From Planctomycetota bacterium (GTDB lineage Bacteria; Planctomycetota; MHYJ01; WSZJ01), in contig JBBTCT010000024.1 in assembly GCA_038060895.1 (NCBI GenBank), positions 160,001 to 224,000 of the forward strand: DNA of 64,000 bases, written 5' to 3'. This document shows positions 10,620 through 21,434 of the stretch, one piece after another (the first letter of the stretch is position 1; every line of letters begins with the position of its first letter). The translations under genes were made by a program, and so were the position numbers. The notes under the pieces were generated by a model. The model made no database searches and was not told where the DNA came from. It saw only the letters and a list, made by a program, of their open reading frames with translations.

Positions 10620-11786
10620 GTGCGTGTAATCCACATTGTTCCGGGTATCTCCGAAGAGGCCAGCGGGCCTTCTTACTCTGTGACCCGGCTTTGCCAGGCG
10701 CTGATCGAAGACGGTGACGATGTCCGCCTGGCGACCCTGGCACTGGGACCCGTTCCCCCCGGGCTGCCGTTCGTGAAAACCTTCCCGCTGGGAGTCGGAC
10801 CGCGAAGGCTCGGTCGTTCACCCGAAATGAAACGCTGGCTGGAGGATCAGGTTCTTTCCCGGAACGCGGACATCCTTCACAACCACGGGATGTGGCAGAT
10901 GAATGCCGTGTACCCGGGGCGCCTGGCTCGGAAAGGAAACGTGCCCCTCGTGGTTTCTCCCCGTGGCGCGTTTTCGGAATGGGCCATGAAGCACGGATCT
11001 TCGGCAAAGCGAGTCTTCTGGCCGATGTTCCAGCGCCCCGCGGTCAAGGCGACCGCTCTCTTCCATGCCACCGCGGAATCCGAGTGCCGTGACATCCGGA
11101 AACTGGGGTTTCGGCAACCGGTGGCCGTCATTCCCAATGGAATCGATGTGCCTGAATTCCTGCCGAAAGTCCCTCGCGAAATCCGGACGATGCTCTTCCT
11201 CGGCCGAATCCACCCGGTGAAGGGCCTGGACACATTGCTGCGCGCCTGGGCGGCAATCCAGGAACGCTTCCCGGACTGGAGATTGCTCATCGCCGGGAGC
11301 GACAGGGGGTATGAAGGCTCGACCGGGTATCTGGACGAGCTGCGAGCGCTGTCGAGGACGCTGCATCTGAAGCGCTTCGAGTTTGTCGGCGAACTCAACG
11401 GACCGGCGAAACTGCAGGCCTACCGGGATTCGGACCTTTTTGTTCTGCCGACCCATTCCGAGAATTTTGGCATAACCGTGGCGGAGGCGCTGTCCGCCGG
11501 GACGCCGGCACTTGTGACGAAGGGCGCGCCCTGGGCCGACCTACCGCGAAGAGAGGCAGGCTGGTGGGTAGAGGACGGCCTCGATCCGCTCGTGGCAGGC
11601 GTCGAGACGGCGCTCGCAACACCGCCAGAACGGTTGGCGCGGATGGGCGGCATGGGAAGAGACTGGATGCTTGCCGAGCACGGCTGGAATTCCATCGCGG
11701 GAAGAATGCGGAAGACGTATGAATGGCTATCGGGGTCCGAAGCACCGCCGCCTGAATGGGTTCGCATTGATGAACCGTTGAGGTAG
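10620..11786 (+). CDS. Glycosyltransferase family 4
   Basis: FLGRIHPVKG, HSENFGITVAEAL. Confidence 0.9.
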   Translation: MRVIHIVPGISEEASGPSYSVTRLCQALIEDGDDVRLATLALGPVPPGLPFVKTFPLGVGPRRLGRSPEMKRWLEDQVLSRNADILHNHGMWQMNAVYPGRLARKGNVPLVVSPRGAFSEWAMKHGSSAKRVFWPMFQRPAVKATALFHATAESECRDIRKLGFRQPVAVIPNGIDVPEFLPKVPREIRTMLFLGRIHPVKGLDTLLRAWAAIQERFPDWRLLIAGSDRGYEGSTGYLDELRALSRTLHLKRFEFVGELNGPAKLQAYRDSDLFVLPTHSENFGITVAEALSAGTPALVTKGAPWADLPRREAGWWVEDGLDPLVAGVETALATPPERLARMGGMGRDWMLAEHGWNSIAGRMRKTYEWLSGSEAPPPEWVRIDEPLR

Positions 11787-11792
11787 GTCAGC

Positions 11793-12485
11793 ATGAGTTG
11801 GCGTACAAACACAATCCTGGTGGCACTGCGGAGCGTCTCCCGGAAACTCGGCCTGAACCGGTGGATCGCATCGAAGTTCTCGGCCGGATACGAGGCCGCC
11901 TACGAAAGAGAGCTGTCGGCCGCAATCAAGGCCGGGGACTGCCTCTGGGACGTTGGCGCCAACGTGGGTTATTACACCCGGCTATTCGGGGAGCGCACCG
12001 GCACAGGAGGAAGGGTCTTCGCCTTCGAACCGAGCCCCGTCAACTTCTCTCGCCTTTCGGCGGCGTGCTCTGGGCAGGGCCATATCCGGCTTCTGCCGTG
12101 CGGACTCGGCAAACAGGACGGCACCTGTTCTTTCCAACAGGGCTCCGACGACCTGGGAGCGTCGAGCCGGGTCACCGGGAACAGTTCCGGAGGAACCGTG
12201 GTCCCGATCCGCGCTGGCGACAGTCTCGTGGCGGATGAATCGGCCACCGCCCCCGCCGTGATGAAGATCGACGTCGAGGGTCTGGAGCTGGAAGTCCTGA
12301 AGGGAATGCCGAAACTGCTGGCTGACCCGCGTCTTCGCGTGATAGGAATTGAAGTACACTTCGGCATCCTGGAAGGGATCGGCCAGGCGGGCGCTCCCCG
12401 GGAAATCGAGAACTTGCTCAGGGCCGCCGGGTTCCGGTTCACCTGGCCGGACACAAGCCACATCCTGGCGGTAAGGAAACCCTGA
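11793..12485 (+). CDS. FkbM family methyltransferase
   Basis: WDVGANVG, FAFEP, KIDVEGLE, EVH. Confidence 0.88.
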   Translation: MSWRTNTILVALRSVSRKLGLNRWIASKFSAGYEAAYERELSAAIKAGDCLWDVGANVGYYTRLFGERTGTGGRVFAFEPSPVNFSRLSAACSGQGHIRLLPCGLGKQDGTCSFQQGSDDLGASSRVTGNSSGGTVVPIRAGDSLVADESATAPAVMKIDVEGLELEVLKGMPKLLADPRLRVIGIEVHFGILEGIGQAGAPREIENLLRAAGFRFTWPDTSHILAVRKP

Positions 12486-13285
12486 TGAGGCGCGTCCAGC
12501 TCGAGAATACTGCGCTCCAGGTGTCGCGCCTCGGGTTCGGGACCGCCCAACTCCACCATGTTCACAGCCGGCCCCAGCGAATCCGTCTCCTTGAAGCGGC
12601 CTTTGACGCGGGATTTACGCACTTCGACACTTCGCCCTACTACGGTTTTGGCATGGCCGAATCGGATCTGGGTCACCTCCTTCACGGACGGCGAGACCGG
12701 GTCACGGTGGCGACCAAAGTTGGGCTTTACGCGCCCGGCGACGGATCCTTCGGCTCTCCCGGGGTCTACGTGAGAAAAGCGCTCGGCAAGCTGGCGCCGC
12801 AACTCTCGGCACCTGTCGTTGACTGGAGCGTCCAGGCAGCGGAGCGAAGCCTGAACGAAAGCCTGAAGCGATTGCGCACCGACCATGTCGATGTTGTGTT
12901 CCTGCACGAGCCCGAGCCGGGCCTGGTTCCCGCGCAGGAATTCCTGGCCTGGCTCGAAAGAGAAAAGTCTAAGGGAAAGCTTCTGCACTGGGGTCTTGCG
13001 GGATTGAGGGACGCCTTGGACGGTTGGCTCACCTCCTGTCACCCGCTCGCCATGATCCTTCAATCACAGGACAGCCGAGATCGCAATGAGGCAGACCTCG
13101 TCCTGAAGCACGGGCGGAAGCTGCAGTTCACGTACGGATACCTCTCCGGGATTCCCTCGGCCGATCGCCCTGCCAAGGCAGAAGCAGCGCTTCGGTGGGC
13201 GCTTCAACGAAACACGGGCGGGGCTGTTCTTGTGTCGACTCGAAAGCGGGAACGCGTGGCCGGCCTTGCGGCGATCGCAGGATGA
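12485..13285 (+). CDS. Aldo/keto reductase
   Basis: SRLGFGT, HFDTSPYYGFG, VATKVG, SLKRLRTDHVD, LHEP. Confidence 0.87.
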   Translation: MRRVQLENTALQVSRLGFGTAQLHHVHSRPQRIRLLEAAFDAGFTHFDTSPYYGFGMAESDLGHLLHGRRDRVTVATKVGLYAPGDGSFGSPGVYVRKALGKLAPQLSAPVVDWSVQAAERSLNESLKRLRTDHVDVVFLHEPEPGLVPAQEFLAWLEREKSKGKLLHWGLAGLRDALDGWLTSCHPLAMILQSQDSRDRNEADLVLKHGRKLQFTYGYLSGIPSADRPAKAEAALRWALQRNTGGAVLVSTRKRERVAGLAAIAG

Positions 13286-14880
13286 GCGCAGATCCAGCCA
13301 TCGACCTGCTCACGACGGGCAAGACGAAGCTCGAAGTGAAATGCAGCGTCGCCATTGTCGGCGCCGGGGCGGCCGGGATTTACCTGGGAGTCCAGTTGGC
13401 CTCCCGGGGAGTCGAGGTCGTCCTACTCGAGGCGGGCGGCCTCGTTTGTGGAACAGCGGCGGAAGTGGGGTTTGAGGCCCTGTTTCCGGGCGACACCTAT
13501 CGGGGCGCGACGGAAGGCCGGGCCTTTGGCCTGGGCGGAACAACTTCACGCTGGGGTGGCTTGCTGATCCCGCATTCGAACGGAGACTCTCGCGACCCGA
13601 AGAACCTGAACCGGTCCGCGTGGCAGGAGATTCTCCGGGCGACCACCGAGAATTCGGACAGGGTCATGAAGACCCTGGGTTTCGCAGGGCCGCCGCGGTT
13701 TGTCGAATTTGCGATCGACAAGCTCGGCCTCGCAGGAACAGAACTGAATGCGGCAGGATTCGGTTCACAGGCGAGCCTCTTCCTTCCCGCGCGCCGCAAG
13801 AACCTGGCCTTCCTCCTCAAGGGAAAGTCTCCCTCCCGTTCCCGGCTACAGGTGTATACAAACGCCGTCTGCTGTTCGTGGAGAATCGAGGAAGGGAGCG
13901 AATCCGGCGGAACCGCGCTGGTGGAACTCGAAGCCAAGGCTTCGAACGGAAACCGGCTCGTCGTCACGGCGGGTCGGTTTGTCCTCGCAGCGGGAGCCAT
14001 CGAGTGCGCGAGAATCCTGCTGGAAATGAATGCGACGGCGGCGCGACCCGTTGTAAGGCACTCCGCGGAAGTCGGTTGTTCCCTCTCCGATCACCTATCA
14101 GCCTCCATCGCGGACGTCGAGGAAACGGGCCTCGACACTGCGGTGAACCTCTTCGCCCCGCGCTTCAAAGGTAGCTGGATGCGCAGTTTCCGCCTCCTTG
14201 AGAAGGATTCGCCGGCATCGGCTCCCCGGGCATTCGCTCATTTCATCTTCGAAAACACAGATCCGGGCTTCCTCCTCGCCAAGCAGGTGCTCGGTTCAAT
14301 TCAGGCACGCCGTTGGCCCGCCGTTTCGGGCGCACAATTGGTGGCCGGCGTCGGCGGACTCATGTCCCTGGCGGGCGCGAGATACCTGCGCTCCCGGCTC
14401 CATGTGCCCCGTGGGACACGGTCTCATCTGCAACTCGACATCGAACAGGAACCCTGCCTCGACAATCGCGTAGGACTGGCCGATGAGCGGGATAGATTCG
14501 GCCGCCAGCGCGCCGTGGTGAACTGGAAAATTCGCGCGAACGACACGGACAACATCCGGGCCACGGCCGACCGAATTCTGTCGAAGTGGCCCGGCACGAA
14601 GGCCGGCCTGCCCGGATTGATCCCCAGGGGCATCGGCGATGCGTCGTCAAAGCCACACGATTCGTACCATCCGGTCGGGACCTGTCGCATGGGAAATGAT
14701 CCCGGTGCGGTGGTGGACTTCAACCTGAAAGCCTGGGGTGCCCGGAATCTGTGGGTCGTCAGCACAGGGGTGCTACCGAGCGCGGGAACGGCCAACCCGA
14801 CATTTACGATGCTCTGCCTCGCCGAAACTCTCGCAGGGCACCTCCTGGGCGGCCGGGGAACGGAAGGACTTCGAACGTGA
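13282..14880 (+). CDS. GMC family FAD oxidoreductase
   Basis: IVGAGAAG, GLGG..WGG, LAAGAIE, HPVGTCRMG, ANPTFT; ATG 13282 overlaps the upstream stop. Confidence 0.87.
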   Translation: MSADPAIDLLTTGKTKLEVKCSVAIVGAGAAGIYLGVQLASRGVEVVLLEAGGLVCGTAAEVGFEALFPGDTYRGATEGRAFGLGGTTSRWGGLLIPHSNGDSRDPKNLNRSAWQEILRATTENSDRVMKTLGFAGPPRFVEFAIDKLGLAGTELNAAGFGSQASLFLPARRKNLAFLLKGKSPSRSRLQVYTNAVCCSWRIEEGSESGGTALVELEAKASNGNRLVVTAGRFVLAAGAIECARILLEMNATAARPVVRHSAEVGCSLSDHLSASIADVEETGLDTAVNLFAPRFKGSWMRSFRLLEKDSPASAPRAFAHFIFENTDPGFLLAKQVLGSIQARRWPAVSGAQLVAGVGGLMSLAGARYLRSRLHVPRGTRSHLQLDIEQEPCLDNRVGLADERDRFGRQRAVVNWKIRANDTDNIRATADRILSKWPGTKAGLPGLIPRGIGDASSKPHDSYHPVGTCRMGNDPGAVVDFNLKAWGARNLWVVSTGVLPSAGTANPTFTMLCLAETLAGHLLGGRGTEGLRT

Positions 14881-15683
14881 CCGATCCGAAGAAACAAGTT
14901 CACGACTTCTGGAACGAGGCCTCCTGCGGGGAGCAGCTGCTCCTCGATGCCGCCGACAAGGCCGGGTACGTCGCTCAACTGGAAAAACGCTACGCTCTCG
15001 AGCCGTACATTGAGCCGTTCGCGAAATTCCCGGAGTGCAGGGACCGCGACGTCCTTGAGATCGGCATCGGTCTTGGCGCCGACCACCAGCGATTCGCACA
15101 GGCCGGAGCGCGGCTGACCGGAATTGACCTGACGGAACGCGCGGTAGTACACACCCGGAAGAGGTTTGACCTGTTCGGCCTGAAATCGGAGCTGCGCGTC
15201 GGCGACGCCGAAGCACTTCCCTTTCCTGATGGCACCTTCGATGTCGTGTACTCGTGGGGAGTTCTGCACCACAGCCCGAACACGGCGCGGGCCGTCGATG
15301 AAGCTCTGCGAGTCCTCAGGCCCGGGGGCAAAGCGCGCATCATGATCTACCACAAGCATTCGCTCGTCGGGACCATGCTCTGGCTGCGGTACGCGCTCCT
15401 GAGGGGAAATCCCTGGCGAAGCCTGAAGTCGATCTATTCGTCGCACCTCGAAAGCCCGGGGACGAAGGCCTACACGAAGCGCGAGGCGGGCGAACTCTTC
15501 CGGCAATTCTCCGGCGTGAAGATCTCAACGGTGCTCACCCACGGCGACCTGCTGGAATCCGGCGCGGGACAGCGACATCGGGGGTGTCTGCTGTCGCTCG
15601 CCAGAGTTCTTTGGCCGCGCCCGATTCTGCGTCTCCTGTTCCCGGGGCGCGGCCTGTTCATGCTGGTCGAGGCGACCAAGTGA
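14877..15683 (+). CDS. Class I SAM-dependent methyltransferase
   Basis: VLEIGIGLG, DAEALPF, FDVVYSWGVLHH, LRPGG; GTG 14877 overlaps the upstream stop. Confidence 0.87.
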   Translation: MTDPKKQVHDFWNEASCGEQLLLDAADKAGYVAQLEKRYALEPYIEPFAKFPECRDRDVLEIGIGLGADHQRFAQAGARLTGIDLTERAVVHTRKRFDLFGLKSELRVGDAEALPFPDGTFDVVYSWGVLHHSPNTARAVDEALRVLRPGGKARIMIYHKHSLVGTMLWLRYALLRGNPWRSLKSIYSSHLESPGTKAYTKREAGELFRQFSGVKISTVLTHGDLLESGAGQRHRGCLLSLARVLWPRPILRLLFPGRGLFMLVEATK

Positions 15684-15699
15684 AGCGGGAGCAGCGCTG

Positions 15700-17610
15700 A
15701 TGTGCGGCATCTCCGGATTCGTGGGCGCCCATGTACCCGGGCTGGGGCCGCGCATGAACGTGGCGCAGGCCCACCGCGGGCCGGACGGAAGCGGCGTTTT
15801 CGAGGATCCTCCCGCGGAAGTGCTTCTTGCGCACGTGAGGCTGGCTGTGCTGGATCTCACGTCGGCGGCCGCGCAACCCATGACCTCGGCCAGCGGCCGA
15901 TTCGTGCTCGTCTACAACGGCGAGATCTACAACTTCAGGGACCTGCGCGAGGAGCTCATCCGCGCGGCTGCGACTTTCCGGTCCGCTGGCGACACGGAGG
16001 TCCTGCTCGAGGGAGTCGCGCGACACGGCACTTCTTTCCTGGCACGACTGAACGGCATGTTCGCGTTCGCGCTCTGGGACCGGCAAGAGCGAGAGTTGCT
16101 GCTGGCCCGCGACCAGGTCGGCGTCAAACCGCTCTACTACGCGCAGCCGCAGCCAGGGACATTGCTGTTCGCGAGCGAGATCAAGGCGCTCTTCGCACAC
16201 CATCAGGTTGCTCGCGAGCCGAACTTCGCGGCCCTTCAGGAGCACCTGGCGCGGGGGCACTCCAGCGGAACGCACACGGCCTTCACGGGAATCCAGCGGC
16301 TCGAGCCCGGCGCCTTCCTCAAATGGCACGCGTCCACGCGAACGATCGACGTGCAATCCTACTGGCGGCCATTCACCGCCCATTGCGAACAGTCGATGGA
16401 CGAAGCCGCCGAGGCGCTTCGCGCAAAGTTCAAGGCGGCGACACGGCGACAGATGGTCTCGGATGTACCCGTCGGCTTGTTCCTGAGTGGCGGGCTGGAC
16501 AGCAGCCTGGTCGCAGCCTGCGCGGCTTCCGAGACCGCGCTGCGCTCTTACACCATTACGTATCCACGAAGCGAAAACACGCTCGACCAGTTCGACGACG
16601 ACGCGCCGTTTGCACAGGAGATGGCGGCAGCGCTGGGGCTGAAACACACCGAAATCGAGATCAAGCCCGAGGTCGCGTCGCTGCTCCCCCGCCTGCTCCG
16701 GCACTGCGACGAGCCGATCGCCGACCCGGCGATCATTGCAGCGTTCCTGGTCAGCCAGCGCGCCCGTGAAGACGGCATGGTGGTCATGCTGTCGGGACAG
16801 GGGGCCGATGAATTGTTCGGAGGATATCCCCGGTACCGCGCCATCGCCGGGACCCAGTGGATGGAGGCTCTGCCAGGCGCGCTGAGACGCGGAATTGCGA
16901 GGGGCGCGGGGCTCCTGCCGGGCTCGCGCGAAGGCCGCGCCGGCGGGATGATGAGGCGCGGGAAACGTGTGCTGGCCGCGGCCGGAATGGACGCGCGCGA
17001 ACGCTTCCTCGCGTATTGTTCCTCGACTGCCGATGCGGACATCGGGCAGGTTCTCAGCGCTGAAGCACGGGCCACGCTGGCCGGGAGGCAGTCGATCGAC
17101 ACGGACCTCGCGCTCATGGAGGCCAGCGGTCTGCCGCAGGACGATGCGTTCCTTTACCGCGACCTCATGGCATACCTTCCGAACCACAACCTGTTGTACA
17201 CGGACAAGATGGGGATGGCCGTCGGCATGGAAGCGCGGGTGCCGCTTCTCGATCTCGACCTCCTGGACACCGCGACGGGGTATCCCGCAAAGTGGAAGTT
17301 CAACAGCCGCGGGACGAAGCGGATCATGCGGCTGGCGGCGCGGGGGCTTGTGCCGGAGAAGATCATCCGCCGCCCCAAGGCGGGTTTTGGGGCGCCCTAC
17401 CGCAAGTGGCTGCGCTATGATCTTGGGACGCTCTGGAACGACGTGATGTCGGAAGCGTCGGTCAAGCGCCGCGGGTGGTTCGATTTCGCAGGGCTGAACG
17501 AGGCGCGGAAACGCAGCCAGGACGGCAGCGTGGACCTGTACATGTTGCAGTGGGCTGCGCTCGTGATCGAGCTGTGGGCGCGCGAGTTCATCGACCAGCG
17601 ACAGGCGTAG
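15700..17610 (+). CDS. asnB: Second asparagine synthase-like glutamine amidotransferase
   Basis: MCGI, HRGPD, YNGEIYN, LSGGLDSS, GQGADELFGGY, EARVP. Confidence 0.9.
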   Translation: MCGISGFVGAHVPGLGPRMNVAQAHRGPDGSGVFEDPPAEVLLAHVRLAVLDLTSAAAQPMTSASGRFVLVYNGEIYNFRDLREELIRAAATFRSAGDTEVLLEGVARHGTSFLARLNGMFAFALWDRQERELLLARDQVGVKPLYYAQPQPGTLLFASEIKALFAHHQVAREPNFAALQEHLARGHSSGTHTAFTGIQRLEPGAFLKWHASTRTIDVQSYWRPFTAHCEQSMDEAAEALRAKFKAATRRQMVSDVPVGLFLSGGLDSSLVAACAASETALRSYTITYPRSENTLDQFDDDAPFAQEMAAALGLKHTEIEIKPEVASLLPRLLRHCDEPIADPAIIAAFLVSQRAREDGMVVMLSGQGADELFGGYPRYRAIAGTQWMEALPGALRRGIARGAGLLPGSREGRAGGMMRRGKRVLAAAGMDARERFLAYCSSTADADIGQVLSAEARATLAGRQSIDTDLALMEASGLPQDDAFLYRDLMAYLPNHNLLYTDKMGMAVGMEARVPLLDLDLLDTATGYPAKWKFNSRGTKRIMRLAARGLVPEKIIRRPKAGFGAPYRKWLRYDLGTLWNDVMSEASVKRRGWFDFAGLNEARKRSQDGSVDLYMLQWAALVIELWAREFIDQRQA

Positions 17611-17625
17611 CGGAAGCGGAGGCGA

Positions 17626-19764
17626 ATGCAGCAGGTCCTGCAGAACATCCGGAACGGCCAGTTGCGGGTGACCACGGTCCCTGATCCGGTCGCGCGGCCC
17701 GGGCAGGTACTGATCGCCAACGTGTGTTCGCTGATCTCCGCGGGCACCGAAAAGATGATCATGGAGCTGGCGCGCAAGTCGCTCATCGGCAAGGCGCGCG
17801 AACGCCCTGACCACGTGCGTCGCGTCCTCGAGAAGCTGAAGAACGAAGGGTTTTTCAGCACGGTCCGTCAAGTGCTGGAGAAGCTCGACGAGCCGATGAC
17901 CATGGGCTATTCATCCGCAGGCGTCGTGCTGGCGTGCGGAGCGGGGGTGCAGGAGTTCAAACCGGGCGACCGCGTCGCTTCGAACGGCCCGCATGCAGGA
18001 GTGGTGAGCGTCGCGAAAAACCTCTGCGCGCGTATCCCCGACAAGATCCCGTACGAACACGCGGCGTTCACCGTCGTCGGCGCCATCGCTCTTCAGGGCG
18101 TGCGGCTGGCGCAGCTGCATCTCGGCGAGACCGCGTTCGTGATCGGGCTCGGATTGGTGGGGCAATTCACCGTCGGCCTCCTCAAGGCCGCCGGGGTGCG
18201 CGTCCTGGGGACGGATCTGGAAGCCGCGAAGTGCGAGCTGGCGAAGAAATTGGGCGCGTACGAAGCACGGCCCGGTCTCGGTGCGCGCGACGTGGCAGCG
18301 CTGACAGGCGGGCTCGGCGCCGATGCGGTCCTCATTACGGCATCCACAAAGTCTGACGAGCCGGTGGAACTGGCCGGCGAGGCAGTGCGCCAGAAAGGGC
18401 GCATCGTCGCCGTCGGGGCCGTCGGCCTGAACCTGCCGCGCCGGCCGTATTACTTCAAGGAAGCGGAGTTCGTCGTGTCCTGCTCGTATGGGCCGGGTCG
18501 GTACGACACGCGATACGAGGACGGCGGGCACGACTACCCGGCGGCGTACGTGCGGTGGACGGAGCAGCGCAACATGCAGGCGGTGTTAGATCTCATGGAG
18601 AGCGGAAGGCTCGACGTCGCGCCGCTGATCTCGCATCGCTTCGGCATCGCGAATGCGGAAAACGCGTACGACCTGATTACCAAGGGCAGCGAGCCTTACC
18701 TTGGGATGTTGCTCGAATACCCGGAGGTCGATCCCGCGCGTCTCGCGCGCAAGGTGGTCCTGAAGGCCTCCGAGGCGGGAGGCCGGATCGGGATCGGATG
18801 CCTCGGCGCCGGGAATTTCGCGCGGATGGTGCTCCTCCCTGCCCTCAAGGCGCAGCCTCGCCTTCAGCCTCTAGTGCTCTGCTCCGCGGGCGGGATGTCG
18901 GCCTCGAACAGCGCTGAGAAACTAGGGTTTGCTGCGGTCGCGACCGACGAGGACGCGGTCTTCGCTGACCCGCAGATGAAGGCGGTGTTCATCCTCACAC
19001 GGCACGACCAGCACGCGCGGCAAGTCGTGAAGTCGATTCGCGCGGGGAAGCACGTGTTCGTCGAGAAGCCCCTCGCGCTCACGGTCGAAGAGATCCAAGA
19101 GATTGAATACGCCCTTCTCGCGCACCCTCAGCCGCCACTCCTTGCAGTGGGCTTCAACCGGCGGTTTTCACCGGCGGCGATCCAGGCGAAAGCATTCTTC
19201 AAAGGCGTCACGGCGCCCCTGACGATCTCGATCCGCTTCAACGCAGGTGAAATCTCTGCCGAGCACTGGACGCAAGACGACGCGGCGGGGGGCGGGCGCA
19301 TTATCGGCGAGGCGTGCCACGCGATCGACCTCGCAACGTTCCTTGCGGGCTCTCCGCCCGTGCGCGTATTCGCGGAGTCGATCGGCGGCCCCGCGGCCCC
19401 TTCGATCCGCGACGATCAGTGCTTCCTCCTTCTCCGCCACACCAATGGCACAGTCAGCAGCATCGGCTACCTCGCGGGCGGCGACAAGGCGTACCCCAAG
19501 GAGCGTATCGAAGTCCTCGGCGGCGGAAGGATCGCCGTGATCGAGGACTTCAAGACCCTGATGACCTGCGTCGGCGGGAAGCAAAGGGAGACCGGGCTCG
19601 GTGCACAAGACAAGGGTCACCGCGCGGAGATCGACGCGTTCGCGAAGACGCTCGTCGCCGGCGGCCCGGCGCCCATTCCGTGGGAAGAACTGCGCGCCGT
19701 CAGCCTCGCGGCCATCCTCGCCGTGCGCAGCCTGCGCGAAGGCGTTCCGTTCGAGATCGCATAA
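17626..19764 (+). CDS. Bi-domain oxidoreductase (MDR/Zn-ADH-like plus Gfo/Idh/MocA)
   Basis: SLISAGTE, GLGLVG, SYGPGRYD in the N-half; GAGNF, VFVEKPL, GFNRRF, GEACHAID in the C-half. Confidence 0.9.
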   Translation: MQQVLQNIRNGQLRVTTVPDPVARPGQVLIANVCSLISAGTEKMIMELARKSLIGKARERPDHVRRVLEKLKNEGFFSTVRQVLEKLDEPMTMGYSSAGVVLACGAGVQEFKPGDRVASNGPHAGVVSVAKNLCARIPDKIPYEHAAFTVVGAIALQGVRLAQLHLGETAFVIGLGLVGQFTVGLLKAAGVRVLGTDLEAAKCELAKKLGAYEARPGLGARDVAALTGGLGADAVLITASTKSDEPVELAGEAVRQKGRIVAVGAVGLNLPRRPYYFKEAEFVVSCSYGPGRYDTRYEDGGHDYPAAYVRWTEQRNMQAVLDLMESGRLDVAPLISHRFGIANAENAYDLITKGSEPYLGMLLEYPEVDPARLARKVVLKASEAGGRIGIGCLGAGNFARMVLLPALKAQPRLQPLVLCSAGGMSASNSAEKLGFAAVATDEDAVFADPQMKAVFILTRHDQHARQVVKSIRAGKHVFVEKPLALTVEEIQEIEYALLAHPQPPLLAVGFNRRFSPAAIQAKAFFKGVTAPLTISIRFNAGEISAEHWTQDDAAGGGRIIGEACHAIDLATFLAGSPPVRVFAESIGGPAAPSIRDDQCFLLLRHTNGTVSSIGYLAGGDKAYPKERIEVLGGGRIAVIEDFKTLMTCVGGKQRETGLGAQDKGHRAEIDAFAKTLVAGGPAPIPWEELRAVSLAAILAVRSLREGVPFEIA

Positions 19765-21434
19765 TGGACGCCCTTCTGACGTTTCGAACGGTGCGCCACT
19801 TGTGGCTGTCGCAACTGAAGTGGCGCCTGAAGTATCGGCGGCTGCGGCAGCGGGAAGAGCAGCCCGGCTACGACCTGGCTGGCCGGCTGCACGGCAGAAC
19901 TTCCGGGCTAGCGCTCGACCCGACTTTCCCACGTCCTGAAATTGCGGCGATGCGGCCCGAGGGGACCTCGAGCTGGCACGAGGGAGCGCTGACGCTTCTT
20001 AACGAAATGCGTGGCTTTGCCGGCGGCGACGACTGGGGGCTCGGACGCCAACAGGCGAAGGACCGCCTCTGGATGGCGACCCTGCACGGACACCGATGGC
20101 TGCTCGACCTTGGGGCCGACGAGCAGCACCGCTTCCTCCGCGACTGGATCGCCGTCTGCCGGCCCGGGACGCCGGGGTTCGCGAACTTCGCGTGGAACAG
20201 TTACGACATTGCCACTAGGCTCCTCTGCTGGGCCTGCCTGCCTCCCGACGTGCTGGACGCGTCGGCGCTCGAGAGCTTCGCGGCCCAGGCGGAATACCTC
20301 GATGACCACGTTGAATGGGACCTTCGCGCCAACCATCTGCTTCGGGATGCCGCGGGGCTCGCGTGCGCCGGGAGGTTCCTCAAGGGTCCGGCTGCGGAGC
20401 GCTGGCTCCAGGCCGCGACGGCCGTTGCGGACAGCCAGGTTGACGAGCAGGTGCTTCCGGACGGCGGGCACTTCGAGCGCAGTCCGATGTACCACATCCA
20501 CGTGATGGAAGACCTGCTGCGGCTGTGGTTCCTGGTCCGGGACGAAGCGACTCGCTCGAAAATCCAGCGCGCCATCGGGCAAATGGCGGAGTGGATCGCC
20601 TGGATGAGGCACCCGGATGGAAGGTTTCCGCAGTTCAACGACGGCGGATTCAACGGCGCATGCGATGCCACGGGAATCATCGCTGTGGCTGTCGTCTCGG
20701 GAACGGTCAGCCCGGCGAAGCGCCATGGAGGGCGGCGCTTCAGGGACACGGGCCTGGTTGCGTGGCAGGGGGACCCATGGACGGTATTCTTCGATGTCGG
20801 GCCGATCGGTCCCGACTACCAGCCGGGGCATGCGCACGCCGACACCCTCTCGCTGGAGGCCTCGTTCGCGGGCCATCGACTCTTCATAGATCCAGGCTCC
20901 TTCTCCTACGACAACGACGCGCGCCGCCGCTACGACCGCTCCACCGCGGCCCACAACACGGTCTGCATCGACGACAGAGACTCGAGCGAGGTCTGGCACA
21001 TTTTCCGTGTCGGCCGCCGCGCCTACCCGCTGGACGTGCGCGCCGACTTCTCCGCGGACGGGCTTTTTGCTTCCGCCGCCCACGACGGCTACTCAACGCT
21101 CCCGGGCAGGCCGAAGCACTCCCGCACAGTCACCGTCACGGGCGATCGTATCTTGAAAGTTACGGATCTCGTCGAAGGCCAAGGAAGCCACGCGCTGAAC
21201 GGCGGGTGGCTCCTAGCACCGGGCTGGCAGGCGGAAGCGGCCCCCGGGGGATGGCGCCTTTCGATGGAGGGGGCGCGCGTTTCGGTGCACGTGAATGCAC
21301 CCGCTGGAATGGCGTTGACTGCGGAGAAGCGCGCCTGCCACCCGGAATACGGCCTGGAAATCGAAACTACGCGCCTGTGCTGGAACCTGGCAGCTTCGCG
21401 ATTGCCTGCACAGATCGTGACGGTCGTCGAATGA
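19764..21434 (+). CDS. Heparinase II/III family protein
   Basis: ANHL, QVLPDGGHFERSPMYH, GHAHADTLS, RSTAAHNTV; ATG 19764 overlaps the upstream TAA. Confidence 0.88.
   Translation: MDALLTFRTVRHLWLSQLKWRLKYRRLRQREEQPGYDLAGRLHGRTSGLALDPTFPRPEIAAMRPEGTSSWHEGALTLLNEMRGFAGGDDWGLGRQQAKDRLWMATLHGHRWLLDLGADEQHRFLRDWIAVCRPGTPGFANFAWNSYDIATRLLCWACLPPDVLDASALESFAAQAEYLDDHVEWDLRANHLLRDAAGLACAGRFLKGPAAERWLQAATAVADSQVDEQVLPDGGHFERSPMYHIHVMEDLLRLWFLVRDEATRSKIQRAIGQMAEWIAWMRHPDGRFPQFNDGGFNGACDATGIIAVAVVSGTVSPAKRHGGRRFRDTGLVAWQGDPWTVFFDVGPIGPDYQPGHAHADTLSLEASFAGHRLFIDPGSFSYDNDARRRYDRSTAAHNTVCIDDRDSSEVWHIFRVGRRAYPLDVRADFSADGLFASAAHDGYSTLPGRPKHSRTVTVTGDRILKVTDLVEGQGSHALNGGWLLAPGWQAEAAPGGWRLSMEGARVSVHVNAPAGMALTAEKRACHPEYGLEIETTRLCWNLAASRLPAQIVTVVE

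Noticed and set aside
7833-17610. The two EPS-operon AsnB proteins as additional lasso cyclases
   Set aside because: Both keep the catalytic N-terminal Cys (MCG) and lie among glycosyltransferases, consistent with glycan amidotransferases.
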